Positions 19,692-30,560 are shown, numbered from the stretch's first letter. The stretch: DNA of 48,758 nt from Candidatus Nitrosocosmicus sp. (GCA_040297625.1 JBDUES010000208.1:1-48758); one strand, 5' to 3'. Program-made: numbers and translations. The notes: a model not told the origin generated them from the sequence alone.

Positions 19692-21119
19692 TTATCGTCT
19701 TTTGCCAATTTTTACCAAATTTTCCAGTGAACGACCTATTAAAATAAATGCAACGCTAGTTATAGAAATCATAATTCCAGGAGATATAATCCACCACCAA
19801 TACCCCAGTATTTCAGCTGAAGATGTATGTGCATCCTGAAGCATTTGACCCCAAGTTGGAAAAGATGGATCTCCAAACCCAAGAAAACTTAATGCAGATT
19901 CGCCCAGTATTGCAGCAGGAACAGATAATGCAAAATTGGCCAAAGTAAAAGGTAATAATTGGGGTACTATATGACGTAATACTATTTTAATATCGGATTC
20001 ACCCATCAATTTTGATGCTTCTACATAGGGGTAATTTTTTATTTGAATGCTAAATGTTCTATTTAATAATGCCAAACCAGGCCAACCAAATAGAATAAAA
20101 AGACCTATTAAAAATAATAAATTTCGTCCAAAATGCAGAGAAAGTATGATTAATAAAATCAATTGAGGAAGAGAGATAAAAATATCAATAATTGTCAACA
20201 TAAATGTTCCGGTTTTTTTTCCTTTATAACCTGAAATTAATCCGTAAAAAAGACCAATAAAAGTAGATGAGAAAGCAACAGTAACTCCTATAAAAAGATC
20301 AACAGGCGTTCCAATTAAGATTCCAAAAAAAACATCTCGTCTAAATTCATCTGTACCCAATAATCCAAAAACTTTTCCTTGCATAATTAATTTCAAGTCT
20401 TTTATAACTGTATTATTATCAAAAGAAGAAAGTGAAAATATAATTTCATATTTACCTTTTAAAGGTATATTAGAAGTTGTTTTTGAAAAAATTATTTTTT
20501 CAGAAGGAAGATCAGTAGTTGAGAACTTAAACAGATCAGAATATTGAGATAAAGAACTCTTTACTTCCTGAGAAGAAGAATAAATTCTTCCTGAGACAGA
20601 ATTGTTATTTATAACCTTATGGTTTAAGGTATTATTATTATTAAAATCATATGTAATGGTACTATTCATTAGATTATTCGAGTCCAAAGAATTTGAATAA
20701 ATTTTTAATTCCAAATTATCGGGTCTTTTAATATATACTTCTATTACAGGCGGAATATCGCCTAATGCTATCGTATAAGGAATATCGAAAGCAGTTGGAA
20801 ACTCATTAAAATTAAATTGATATGCGAAGGTATTATTTTCCATTTTGAAATCAGTATATTTTATAAAATTTGGAGATGCGTCTTTTTGATAATAAATTTT
20901 ATGTTCAGGAAGTTGGTGGTCAAATGGCTTTAGAATATAATTTATCCAGTTTGGTGCAGCATCTTTTGGATTATCTGACCAATAAAGTGGATTTGTCCAT
21001 TGCAGTCGCGATTGTGTCGGAATTAAAAATATAGTATAACAGGTCATTACAATTAAGAATAAAAGAAGCAAACCTCCAATAAATCCACCCTTATTTTCTT
21101 GTATTAATTTAAGATTCAT
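19692..21119 (-). CDS. Peptide/nickel ABC transporter permease (DppC/OppC-like) with large extracellular insert
   Basis: LLGTDEFRRD, YVEASKLMGES...RHIVP, ESALSFLGFG.PSFPTWGQML. Confidence 0.92.
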   Translation of the reverse strand: MNLKLIQENKGGFIGGLLLLFLIVMTCYTIFLIPTQSRLQWTNPLYWSDNPKDAAPNWINYILKPFDHQLPEHKIYYQKDASPNFIKYTDFKMENNTFAYQFNFNEFPTAFDIPYTIALGDIPPVIEVYIKRPDNLELKIYSNSLDSNNLMNSTITYDFNNNNTLNHKVINNNSVSGRIYSSSQEVKSSLSQYSDLFKFSTTDLPSEKIIFSKTTSNIPLKGKYEIIFSLSSFDNNTVIKDLKLIMQGKVFGLLGTDEFRRDVFFGILIGTPVDLFIGVTVAFSSTFIGLFYGLISGYKGKKTGTFMLTIIDIFISLPQLILLIILSLHFGRNLLFLIGLFILFGWPGLALLNRTFSIQIKNYPYVEASKLMGESDIKIVLRHIVPQLLPFTLANFALSVPAAILGESALSFLGFGDPSFPTWGQMLQDAHTSSAEILGYWWWIISPGIMISITSVAFILIGRSLENLVKIGKRR

Positions 21120-21140
21120 ATATCATTCTACACTCTAAAC

Positions 21141-22211
21141 CTATGATTCTTCAGATTTAATTCTAGGATCAAAATAGGTAAAACAAACATCCAAAATTAA
21201 CCTAGTCAATAAATAAATTAGTGTAAAAAAGTATGCAAGACCAATAATTAATGGAGAATCGTTTAGAATTATAGCATTATAAAACAAGTTTCCGATTCCA
21301 GGCCAATCAAAAATTTGTTCAATTAAAACAGAGCCACCTAATGACGCAGAAATACCCAAACCGAGCATTGTTGTTAGTTGAGGTCCAGCATTTTTTAAAG
21401 CGTGTTTATATAAAATACTTTTTTGAGGTATTCCCATAATTTTTAATGTTTTTATGTAATCTTCATCTAGAATTCTCAAAATTAAATACTTAACATAATA
21501 TGCAAAAGACGCAAACCCAATAATCACAATACTTATGAATGGTAGAGTCATGCGATAAAGCAAATCAATGATGTATCCGGGCCCGTTTGGGGAGATTAAA
21601 GGTGTTGCTCTAGAAGGAAAAATATGTAAAAAGAATGAAAAAGATACAAGCATTATCATTGAGAACCACCAAACAGGAACACCTTGACTGATAGAAGCCA
21701 AGCCTGAAACAAATTTATCAATTTTTTTACCCTCTTTTGATGCCAAATATGCACCAAAAAATAGTCCAATAATTACTATTGTAATTGATGAAGATGTAAA
21801 TAATAAAATAGTATAAGGCATCTTTTCCAGTATTAAATCATTTACATTACTCGAACCAGTATAAGTAGTAAAAAATCTAGATTTTCCCAGATCTAATGAA
21901 ACTATTTTAAAAATACTATTAAAAAGTTTTTTTGGAGAATACCATGGTTGATCTAAACCCAAACTTTGACTTTGAATTTTTATTTGTTGATCTACATATT
22001 TTTGTCTTTCATCAAAATTTTTAAATTGGAGTAATTTGGGATTATCTAAAGTAGTACTTGAGATAGAATTGAATACTTGTAATCTTATCTGATCCATCAT
22101 TATTTTATCAAAAGTAGAACCCAAAAGAAATATAGTCAACAATAAACTAATTAATAATACTATAAATAAAATTATTATTTTTTTTACTAAAAAGATAAGA
22201 AATACTTTCAC
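21141..22211 (-). CDS. Peptide/nickel ABC transporter permease (DppB/OppB-like)
   Basis: GLDQP, DLGKS, EDYIKT...KHALKNA, GSVLIEQIFDWPGIG. GTG start. Confidence 0.92.
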   Translation of the reverse strand: MKVFLIFLVKKIIILFIVLLISLLLTIFLLGSTFDKIMMDQIRLQVFNSISSTTLDNPKLLQFKNFDERQKYVDQQIKIQSQSLGLDQPWYSPKKLFNSIFKIVSLDLGKSRFFTTYTGSSNVNDLILEKMPYTILLFTSSSITIVIIGLFFGAYLASKEGKKIDKFVSGLASISQGVPVWWFSMIMLVSFSFFLHIFPSRATPLISPNGPGYIIDLLYRMTLPFISIVIIGFASFAYYVKYLILRILDEDYIKTLKIMGIPQKSILYKHALKNAGPQLTTMLGLGISASLGGSVLIEQIFDWPGIGNLFYNAIILNDSPLIIGLAYFFTLIYLLTRLILDVCFTYFDPRIKSEES

Positions 22212-22253
22212 CTATTAATCAAAATAATAAAATAAGATATTAATTAATTACTT

Positions 22254-24737
22254 TTATGGCCTGGCAATCAATGTATAGTCATAAATTGTAGGCCGCATAG
22301 AGTCCGTTGAAGTTATAAATAATTCAAGTTTAGCTGGACCTAGGGAAAGTAGTTTTGTTTCATTTGGTTCTATTTGCAAAGATATTTGATTTGTATTATT
22401 CTTCAGATTGTTTTGAGAAGTAGTAGGATTTTTATTCGTCGAAGGAATAGTACTAACATTTGAACTATTCACAGAGGTATTTATAACCACTTTGTCATTC
22501 CTATCCGATATAATATAATTTATTATCCCATTGAAAGGTTTAGTTTTATTAATACCATTTTCAACATTAACTCTGAAATCAAATTTAAAAGGACTACCAA
22601 TTTTAATAAATTTTGGAACATTAATTTTATCAATTATTATCTTTGGAGGATTTTCAAAGTTTGAAAAATATCCCTGTTTATAAGGATATGTATTATCATA
22701 AAATTTCTTAAGTATTATTATACCACCAGCAGGATTAAAAGAATCCAAATAATAAGGTCCGTTCCCAATCACAGCATTGTGATGAAGATTTATCCAATGT
22801 ATTGAAGAATCATATCTTTTTAAAACATAATCTATGGAAACCAATCCCTTTAACGGATTTGGTATGAATTTCTCTTGTTTCATTTTTTCTAATTCTTGTT
22901 TTATCAATTCAGCGTGAGATGGAAGAATCAAAGATAACTGTTCATTTTGTTTTATGTTAGAATCAGTTTTTGAATACGATAACTTGTTATCGGATACAAG
23001 TCTTTCTGTAGCGGCGGTTATTTCCCATGGTTCTGATGCCCATAAGGTACCAGACAATGGAAGTTGTTTTTTATCATAATGCCATAAATCAATATATGAT
23101 TCAAAGGTGTTATCATTGTTAAACTTGAGTCCTTTAATTAGTGACAAAGTTGGAAGTGTCAAGGATGAATACTCTGCATCGAATGTCCTATCATTATTTT
23201 TTGTGTCTATGGACCATTCATATTGAAAATAAAAAGGATACAATAAATCGTACCGGTCCATTGAAATTCCATTATGCCATTTTGAATATAATGGTGTCAT
23301 TTTTATTTTCGTTAATGCAGTTGTGTTACTGTCACCATTAAACTTCCAAGTCTGAGTAAAAGGATTCCAAACAATTACATCATGTGGTACTGCAATTTTA
23401 TCATGGGGTCCATTTGAGATAATTTGTGTCCAATTATTCCTAAACGGCATGGGATCTCCATTATATGGGTTTAAAAGTAATGCATTATCAGAAATCATTG
23501 AATTAATTATTTTACAATAAAAATCTTTACAACCATCAACATTATTCCATGCTCCCTGATAAATTTGGGATAATCCGATATTAAGCGAATTATCACCAGA
23601 ACCATTTTTTTGAGCATTCATAAATGATGGTTCGTTAGCTATACCGCTAGAATAATCATTAATTAGTCCACTAACCTTATTTGAAGTAATATATAGATCA
23701 TGAGATATGGCAAAAAATAATCTTACTGATTCTTGAATTCCAATTGATTCTGCTTTTCTTAATAAATCAGCTCTTTCTACTTTTGAAGTAAAATTGTTAA
23801 ATATTAATTTTTTTGTCAGGTTATCAATTGTTGAATTAGAGTATTGCCAAAAAGCAGGATTTTGAAAACCGGGCATATTACCCTGCCATGGTGCATACAT
23901 TTGGCCCACCTCGCCGGGGTTATAACGTAAAAAAGAGCTTGAAACATAGGATTCGGTGTAAATGTTCCAATTTAGATCTTTTGGATCTGATCCATAGACA
24001 ACCTGATTTGCCTTTATCAGGTCTCCATAATCTTTTATAATCGAAAAGCCGCTTTTATCAAGTTCAGAAGCAACAAGGTCCCCGAATGTTTTTCTTAAAG
24101 GATCATCATTTCTTATTAGTATTTTAATAATAATAGGTTTTCCATTGATATTCCATTTTCCATAATTATCGATTATTGCGCCGACTTTTTTCATCGAATC
24201 AGATACCAATGCCGAAGCAAATTCAGGGTCATATTTTATTTTTAATGGTGCAACAACATTGACAATATTCTGATACTCAGGGGAATATTGTCCATATGGT
24301 TCAACAATAGGATTACCAAAACCTTTTAAAATATCATTTACAATAAAATTCCTATCTATTAAAAAATTTAAAGCATATCTTATTTCTCTGATAGAAAATG
24401 GATTAAATGTTTGATCATTATTTGAAGGGTTCAACAAAAGGCCATATGACGAGCCATCCTTATCATAAACTTTTAAATTTGGATTCTTTTTTGCCTCATC
24501 AATCAATTGCAAAGGGATATGCGATAAATGAGTATCAAGATTACCATTGCTTACTTCTTGATAAGCAATATTATCATTAGAATAACGTATAAATTTTAAT
24601 TCATCAAGATAGCCTCCAGTAGCGTTTGAAGAGGAGGAAGAAGAGGAATAAGTGGAGGCTAATGAATAATTATTAAAATTAATACAAATCGAAGAGAAAA
24701 GAATAAAAAGTAATAAAAAAGTAATAAAAATTTTCAT
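22254..24737 (-). CDS. ABC transporter substrate-binding protein, family 5
   Basis: Signal peptide, NPFSIREIRYALNFLIDR, KWHNG, GNGPYYL; upstream of DppB/C-like permeases. Confidence 0.88.
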   Translation of the reverse strand: MKIFITFLLLFILFSSICINFNNYSLASTYSSSSSSSNATGGYLDELKFIRYSNDNIAYQEVSNGNLDTHLSHIPLQLIDEAKKNPNLKVYDKDGSSYGLLLNPSNNDQTFNPFSIREIRYALNFLIDRNFIVNDILKGFGNPIVEPYGQYSPEYQNIVNVVAPLKIKYDPEFASALVSDSMKKVGAIIDNYGKWNINGKPIIIKILIRNDDPLRKTFGDLVASELDKSGFSIIKDYGDLIKANQVVYGSDPKDLNWNIYTESYVSSSFLRYNPGEVGQMYAPWQGNMPGFQNPAFWQYSNSTIDNLTKKLIFNNFTSKVERADLLRKAESIGIQESVRLFFAISHDLYITSNKVSGLINDYSSGIANEPSFMNAQKNGSGDNSLNIGLSQIYQGAWNNVDGCKDFYCKIINSMISDNALLLNPYNGDPMPFRNNWTQIISNGPHDKIAVPHDVIVWNPFTQTWKFNGDSNTTALTKIKMTPLYSKWHNGISMDRYDLLYPFYFQYEWSIDTKNNDRTFDAEYSSLTLPTLSLIKGLKFNNDNTFESYIDLWHYDKKQLPLSGTLWASEPWEITAATERLVSDNKLSYSKTDSNIKQNEQLSLILPSHAELIKQELEKMKQEKFIPNPLKGLVSIDYVLKRYDSSIHWINLHHNAVIGNGPYYLDSFNPAGGIIILKKFYDNTYPYKQGYFSNFENPPKIIIDKINVPKFIKIGSPFKFDFRVNVENGINKTKPFNGIINYIISDRNDKVVINTSVNSSNVSTIPSTNKNPTTSQNNLKNNTNQISLQIEPNETKLLSLGPAKLELFITSTDSMRPTIYDYTLIARP

Positions 24738-24867
24738 AAAATAAATTTAAAATTCTGTCCTATAAACTTATATAGAAAATATATAATTTAACATAATTTT
24801 ATAAATTAATTCATTATAACAAGTTATCAACCATTAGTATATAAATACTAACCCTATATTTTTTTTT

Positions 24868-24972
24868 ATGATTAAAAATCAGAAAAGAACCCACGCATAT
24901 AGTGCTCAAAGGACTGAAAGCAAGAAATATGCCAAGGCTGAAAGGAGGAAAAGAAACAAAGCAAGATATTAA
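24868..24972 (+). CDS. Small highly basic peptide, 34 aa; missed by the ORF track
   Basis: MIKNQKRTHAYSAQRTESKKYAKAERRKRNKARY*; TATATAAATA at 24838-24847; T-rich tract after the stop; purine-rich, higher-GC island in an AT-rich spacer. Confidence 0.6.
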   Translation: MIKNQKRTHAYSAQRTESKKYAKAERRKRNKARY

Positions 24973-25289
24973 TTTTCATATTTTTTATACACATATAAAT
25001 TAAGAATAATACAAAATTGGTTTATAATCAAATTAAAAGGCATTATTATAACAAGTAATCATGGCATGCATGTTAAATAACTGTTGATTATTGAATATAC
25101 AGGTTTGATGTTATATCCCGTAAAAAAAAATATAAATTAAAACAGGAATCGAGTGATTAGATCTTCGCAAATTTTCAGAATAATAAATAACATTTGTTTG
25201 AAGTGCCTTTGTTTAAATCGATATATTTATATGAAAGTAAAGATATAAATACCTGTGAGAATGCTTTATAAGTTTTATGGTGATTTCGA

Positions 25290-26204
25290 ATGGTAAAAGA
25301 CATTTCCATGTTTGGCGACAAGTGTCCTAGATGTGGAAAAGGACCAATGGTTACAGATAATTCCACAGGTGAAATGTTTTGTGGTAATTGTGGTTTTGTG
25401 GTAACTGAAAGAATTGAAGAAACAGGTCCGGAATGGAGAGCATTTTCAAAAGAAGAACATGAAGATAGAAGTAGAGCAGGCGTTCCAACATCCTTAGCTA
25501 TGCATGACATGGGATTGGCTACAATTATAGGTCCTGTGGACAAAGACGCTTCAGGAAAACCCCTCTCAGCATCCATGAAAAGTACTATAGAGAGACTAAG
25601 AACATGGGATAGTAGAAGCCAGGTTCATGAACCAGTAGATAGAAACTTTCGACAGGCCTTTAGTGAATTAGATAGATTAAAAGACAAACTAGCCGTTGGT
25701 GATGCTGTAATTGAAAAAGCTGCCTATGTTTACAGAAAGGCCCTGGAAAAAGGATTAGTAAGAGGTAGATCTATTTCAGCATTGGTTGCAGCAGCACTCT
25801 ATGCAGCATGTAGAGATACAGAAACTCCCAGAACTCTAAAAGATGTAGCAAATGCTAGTAATATAAAGAAAAAGGATGTAGCCAGATGTTATAGGCTTTT
25901 AATAAGGGAGCTTGATTTGAAGATGCCCGTAGTTGACCCTGTTAAATGTGTTGCCAGAATTGCCAGCAAAGCTGGATTAACAGAAAAAACCAAAAGAAAA
26001 GCTCTTGAAATATTAAAGAAAGCAGAGGAAGGAAAAATTTCAGCAGGAAAGGATCCTATGGGATTGGCAGCAGCTGCATTATATGTTGCATGTGTAATGA
26101 ATGGAGAGAACAAAACACAAAAGGATGTAGCTGAAGCAGCAGGTGTAACAGAGGTAACAATAAGAAATAGATATAAAGGTCTCAAAACACATCTAAAATT
26201 ATAG
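25290..26204 (+). CDS. tfb: Transcription initiation factor IIB (canonical type)
   Basis: Zn ribbon CPRC...CGNC, GPEWRAF B-reader, two cyclin repeats, GVTEVTIRNRYK; GGTGAT 5 nt before the ATG. Confidence 0.98.
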   Translation: MVKDISMFGDKCPRCGKGPMVTDNSTGEMFCGNCGFVVTERIEETGPEWRAFSKEEHEDRSRAGVPTSLAMHDMGLATIIGPVDKDASGKPLSASMKSTIERLRTWDSRSQVHEPVDRNFRQAFSELDRLKDKLAVGDAVIEKAAYVYRKALEKGLVRGRSISALVAAALYAACRDTETPRTLKDVANASNIKKKDVARCYRLLIRELDLKMPVVDPVKCVARIASKAGLTEKTKRKALEILKKAEEGKISAGKDPMGLAAAALYVACVMNGENKTQKDVAEAAGVTEVTIRNRYKGLKTHLKL

Positions 26205-26209
26205 TTTTT

Positions 26210-27214
26210 TTAAACACTTTTTTTATTTGTTAATAAAAATTTTAAAAGTTTTTCAGAATATTTGTATATAAATATAACACCTGCAATAAAAAAAGCAATG
26301 GATATAGGCATTAGAAAATAGTTATTTGATTCTTCACTCCAAGAGACGTTAAACAAAACGGAACCAAATAAACCATATGAAAAGAGAACATAATTAGAAA
26401 TCCAGTGAAAAATGATGGAGGTTCCAAGACCATATCGATAATAAAGCCATCCCAAAAACAATCCACCTAAACTTGCTTGAGTTATTTTTCCAATCTCATA
26501 ATTACCTCCAAAAATAACATGAGCTAAACCAAAAAAAACAGAATTAAGAAATATAATTAAAAAAAGTATATTTTTATCCCTACTAGATTCAACAGATATA
26601 TTCTTGCTGGGATGGATTAATGCCGAAATAAATGAATTTTTATATCTAAAAAGGATTATCAATAATGGCATACCTAAAAAAATAACTCGAAATAAAATCT
26701 CCTCATTTAATGGCGCAGCAGTCAAGTACAAAAAAGATACAAGGGGATTATTCATCGTAGGATTTCCAATATGTATCCCAAATGTTTGCTGAACTAAATC
26801 TACAATAATTGAAAGTACAAAATAACCTGAAAACCATTGTATTACAATATAAAGATAATTAGAGGAAGATAAGGTAAAATTTTTAAACTTGTTTTTAGAG
26901 ATTAATTTATGCTTGAACTTCTCAAATAAAAAAACGGGTTTATATACAAAGAATAAGTATACAACAAGATAAATAAACCAGAAAAAAATAAAGGTTATTC
27001 CAAGATTGAATTGGAGATTAGATATACCTGAAATATTTAATAATAAAAAATTTAATGAAACATTACTATGCCATGTAATATCTTTTCCTATATTTGTAAA
27101 AAAAACTACAAAAATACCAATAAAAATTGATCCTGTTATTATTAGAAATAGAAAGAATATAATTATTTTACTTACATTATCAATAAGTTTTTTTAAACAA
27201 ATTTTTTTAATCAA
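26210..27214 (-). CDS. CPBP family (CAAX/Abi) intramembrane protease
   Basis: APLNEEILFR, FFGLAH, SIIFHWISN motifs; multiple TM helices. TTG start. Confidence 0.88.
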   Translation of the reverse strand: MIKKICLKKLIDNVSKIIIFFLFLIITGSIFIGIFVVFFTNIGKDITWHSNVSLNFLLLNISGISNLQFNLGITFIFFWFIYLVVYLFFVYKPVFLFEKFKHKLISKNKFKNFTLSSSNYLYIVIQWFSGYFVLSIIVDLVQQTFGIHIGNPTMNNPLVSFLYLTAAPLNEEILFRVIFLGMPLLIILFRYKNSFISALIHPSKNISVESSRDKNILFLIIFLNSVFFGLAHVIFGGNYEIGKITQASLGGLFLGWLYYRYGLGTSIIFHWISNYVLFSYGLFGSVLFNVSWSEESNNYFLMPISIAFFIAGVIFIYKYSEKLLKFLLTNKKSV

Positions 27215-27229
27215 ATAGAATACTTTTAA

Positions 27230-27538
27230 TTACATAACTTCAATTGAAGATGAATTAAAGCCTTTTACAACCAAATAGTCTTTAACATGGTCTCTATGAT
27301 CGCCTTGTAATAAAATGAATCCATCTTTAGCTGTTCCTCCACAAGCCAATCTACTTTTTAACTCTTTAACTATTGTGTGAATATCATTTATTTTGGGATC
27401 CAGACCTTCAATCATGGTGGTAGTTTTGGAAAATCGTCGTGTTTCCAGTCTCACAACAATACGGGTATCTTCTTTATCTAACTCTCCACAAGCGCATAAA
27501 TCATCCGGAAGGCCACATTTTTTGCATATTACAGCCAT
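27230..27538 (-). CDS. Translation initiation factor aIF-1 (SUI1)
   Basis: CKKCGLPDDLCAC, ELKSRLACGGTAKDG.ILLQGDHR. Confidence 0.95.
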   Translation of the reverse strand: MAVICKKCGLPDDLCACGELDKEDTRIVVRLETRRFSKTTTMIEGLDPKINDIHTIVKELKSRLACGGTAKDGFILLQGDHRDHVKDYLVVKGFNSSSIEVM

Positions 27539-27793
27539 CTATAGTTACCTTTCTTACCTAAATGCTATTATTAAGCCTTCCCTAACAAGTGTCATGAGAT
27601 ATTTAATGATTTATCTCTATTTGGACAATAGCCTTTAAAATTTGAAAAGTTATAATAATATTTTTCTCAAAAAAATACAATGAATTATTAGATCAACTGT
27701 TTAATTATTCCTTTGCCAGCTAATCAATTAATAAAAATATTTAAGAACAGTTTTTATAAAAAGAACTAATAAAAAACAATAGCAGATTTTTAT

Positions 27794-29104
27794 ATGTCCG
27801 CAGCAATTCTAAACCTGAAATTTCCATTTAATTTGACAAATGATCAAGAAGATGCAGTAGCGGCCTGGACCAAGAATAAATACAAGGGTTCAATAATCTA
27901 TTCCACCGGGACTGGAAAAACAGAAATAGCATTTGAATGTGCCAAAAGAGCTGCAACTACCAATTCCATCCTTTTTGAAAAAAAAAATAAAAATCTTCAA
28001 GATTTTAAAATATTATTTCTAGTTCCAAGAATTATTTTAATAGAACAAAATACAGAAAGGCTGCTTAAATATAATATTAACAAAGAATCAATAGGAACAT
28101 ACTTTGGAGAAAAAAAGAATGAACGCGAAATAACTATTTCTACCTATCAAAGCGTTATTAACAATCATTTTTTAATTAGAAATTCAGATATGATCATCCT
28201 TGATGAGGTTCATTTTATTAGTAACACAGCATTTTCTTATACCAAACTGTTTAAAATAATAAAAGAAGATCCCAATAAAATGATCCTTGGTTTAACAGCA
28301 ACAATAAATGAAATGGATCCAAAATATCATGATATAATCGATACTATTCCTCCTGTAAAAAAATATCTAATTCAAGAAGCTGTTGATGATAAAAGATTAG
28401 CAAAACCTGAAATATTGTCAATGGAAGTATCCCTTACCAGTGCAGAAAAAGACATCTATAACAAAACAAGTGAACTGATAAAAAATATATCTTTTAAACT
28501 AAACGCATACGAACCTGACTTAATTTCCAAAATTCTTTTTCAGGGAGGAATAAGATCAAAATATGCAAAAGAATGGTTTAATCAGGTAAAGATTAGAAAA
28601 GAATTATTAAATTCCTCACAGAACAAGTTAGAAAAGGCTGTTCAAATAGTAAAGAATCACAATAATGAAAAAATAATGATTTTTAGTGAAACAATTGATT
28701 CCATTACCAAATTAAAAAACATTTTAGAAAAAAACCATATACCTTCTGAGATAATACATTCCAAAATAAAGATAAAAGATAGAAAAGTAATATTAGAAAA
28801 CTGGGGAACAAATTTTTTCCCTCTATTATCAGTCCACACATTAGAAATAGGATACGATATTCCACATGTAAAAATAGCTATCATCTTATCAAATACATCA
28901 AATATTAATCAAGTAGTACAACGAATTGGAAGAGTAATTAGAAAAACAGAGAATAAAGAAAAAGCTTTGATATATATAATTTATGCAAAGGAAACAAAAG
29001 ATAAGAACATTGTAAGAATGGTAGATAAAGCAGTAGGAAAAAAAAGCGATAAAACAGCCAGAAAAACAACTAAACAAACCAGAATCACAGATAATTTTAA
29101 ATAA
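27794..29104 (+). CDS. SF2 DExH helicase, XPB/Rad25-like
   Basis: TGTGKT, LVPR, STYQS, DEVH, GLTAT, GYDIP, QRIGR. Confidence 0.9.
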   Translation: MSAAILNLKFPFNLTNDQEDAVAAWTKNKYKGSIIYSTGTGKTEIAFECAKRAATTNSILFEKKNKNLQDFKILFLVPRIILIEQNTERLLKYNINKESIGTYFGEKKNEREITISTYQSVINNHFLIRNSDMIILDEVHFISNTAFSYTKLFKIIKEDPNKMILGLTATINEMDPKYHDIIDTIPPVKKYLIQEAVDDKRLAKPEILSMEVSLTSAEKDIYNKTSELIKNISFKLNAYEPDLISKILFQGGIRSKYAKEWFNQVKIRKELLNSSQNKLEKAVQIVKNHNNEKIMIFSETIDSITKLKNILEKNHIPSEIIHSKIKIKDRKVILENWGTNFFPLLSVHTLEIGYDIPHVKIAIILSNTSNINQVVQRIGRVIRKTENKEKALIYIIYAKETKDKNIVRMVDKAVGKKSDKTARKTTKQTRITDNFK

Positions 29105-29183
29105 TATAAGTCATTGCCCTAAGCAAATATACCAATTAAAATAAAAATAAGAATATATTTTCAATTAACATTCTGGTTAAAAT

Positions 29184-30323
29184 ATGACGTTAAAAAATAT
29201 TACAGTTTTAGGTTCAGGTATTATGGGTCATGGAATTGCACAAATTTCTGCCATGTCTGGATATCAAGTAATTCTAAGAGACATTGAAAAACAATTTCTG
29301 GATAAAGCTATGGAAAAAGTAAAATGGTCTTTGCAAAAATTGTCGGAGAAAAATAAAATCACAATTGATCAAGTTAACGAATTCTATAACAATATAACTC
29401 CAGTAATAGATCTCAAAGAAGCCATTAAGGAAGCTGATCTAATAATAGAAGCTGTTCCAGAGGATTATAATCTAAAAAAGACCGTATATAAAGAACTAGA
29501 TGAAATATCAAATAATAGAGTAATATACGCGTCTAATACAAGCACTCTACCTATTACTGAACTAAGTAAACTAACCAAAAATCCTACCAAATTTATCGGA
29601 ATTCATTTTTTTAACCCGCCTCAATTAATGAAATTAGTTGAAATAATACCCGGTACAGAAACAGATCCTACAATAACAAATGAAATTATTAATTTTGTAA
29701 AAAAACTCGATAAAACTCCGATCCTATGTAAAAAAGACGTAGTTGGATTCATTGTGAACAGAATTTTCATTCCATTAGTTCATGAAGCTGCATATTGTTT
29801 AGATAGAGACAATGTTTCAATGACAATAATAGATTCTTCCGTAAAATACAAATTAGATTTCCCTATGGGAATATTTGAGTTAGCAGATTACACCGGTATA
29901 GATGTAATTTATAAAGCTACACATGAAATGAGCATAAGAGATAAAAAAGTAATATTGTCCCATCCAAAAATAAAAGAACTATATGAATTAAAATATTTTG
30001 GTCAAAAATCAGGTAAAGGTTTTTATGAATACAAGGGTGACAAATATGAAAGAATAGATTTATCGGAAGAAAAAGCATTACAGTACGACCCAATTTCAAT
30101 TTTAGGAGTTGCATGTAATAATGCCGCATGGTTAATCAGAAATCAAGTTTGCAGCATTGAAGATTTAGAAATTGCCTTAAAATTAGGGATGGGACTGAAA
30201 ACCGACTTATTCAAATTGATTGATAAGTTTGGTATTCAAAGAGTAGTAGATGAATTAAAAAGCCTTGAAAAAAGATATGGAGAATTTTATCATCCTGATG
30301 AGTATCTGTTGTCTTTAAAATAA
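29184..30323 (+). CDS. 3-hydroxyacyl-CoA (probably 3-hydroxybutyryl-CoA) dehydrogenase
   Basis: GSGIMGHGIA, EAVPE, ASNTSTL, GIHFFNPP..MKLVE, GFIVNR, PMGIFELADYTGID. A role in the 3HP/4HB cycle is inferred from the lineage. Confidence 0.92.
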   Translation: MTLKNITVLGSGIMGHGIAQISAMSGYQVILRDIEKQFLDKAMEKVKWSLQKLSEKNKITIDQVNEFYNNITPVIDLKEAIKEADLIIEAVPEDYNLKKTVYKELDEISNNRVIYASNTSTLPITELSKLTKNPTKFIGIHFFNPPQLMKLVEIIPGTETDPTITNEIINFVKKLDKTPILCKKDVVGFIVNRIFIPLVHEAAYCLDRDNVSMTIIDSSVKYKLDFPMGIFELADYTGIDVIYKATHEMSIRDKKVILSHPKIKELYELKYFGQKSGKGFYEYKGDKYERIDLSEEKALQYDPISILGVACNNAAWLIRNQVCSIEDLEIALKLGMGLKTDLFKLIDKFGIQRVVDELKSLEKRYGEFYHPDEYLLSLK

Positions 30324-30560
30324 AATATTGAACATAAAAGATAGAAAATATTTATTTTTTATTCATTTATGAGAAATATATCAAGTAATTTATTAATTTT
30401 CAATTGTTAATTTTAAAAAAAACAATAATAAACTGTGTCGGTCGGTCTGTAAAAAATTACACTGGTAATATCTCTATTTTAAATAAGAATTGAGGAAAAT
30501 AACTGAATTTTATGACTACCCTATTTATTGCAGTTTCCCTCAAATTTGGTCCATTAGGTA

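Noticed and set aside
25175-26185. Minus-strand ORFs of 133 and 98 aa
   Set aside because: Antisense to tfb. The same applies to other shadow ORFs (48-404, 3427-4158, 17962-18483, 32630-32980, 41692-42054 and similar).
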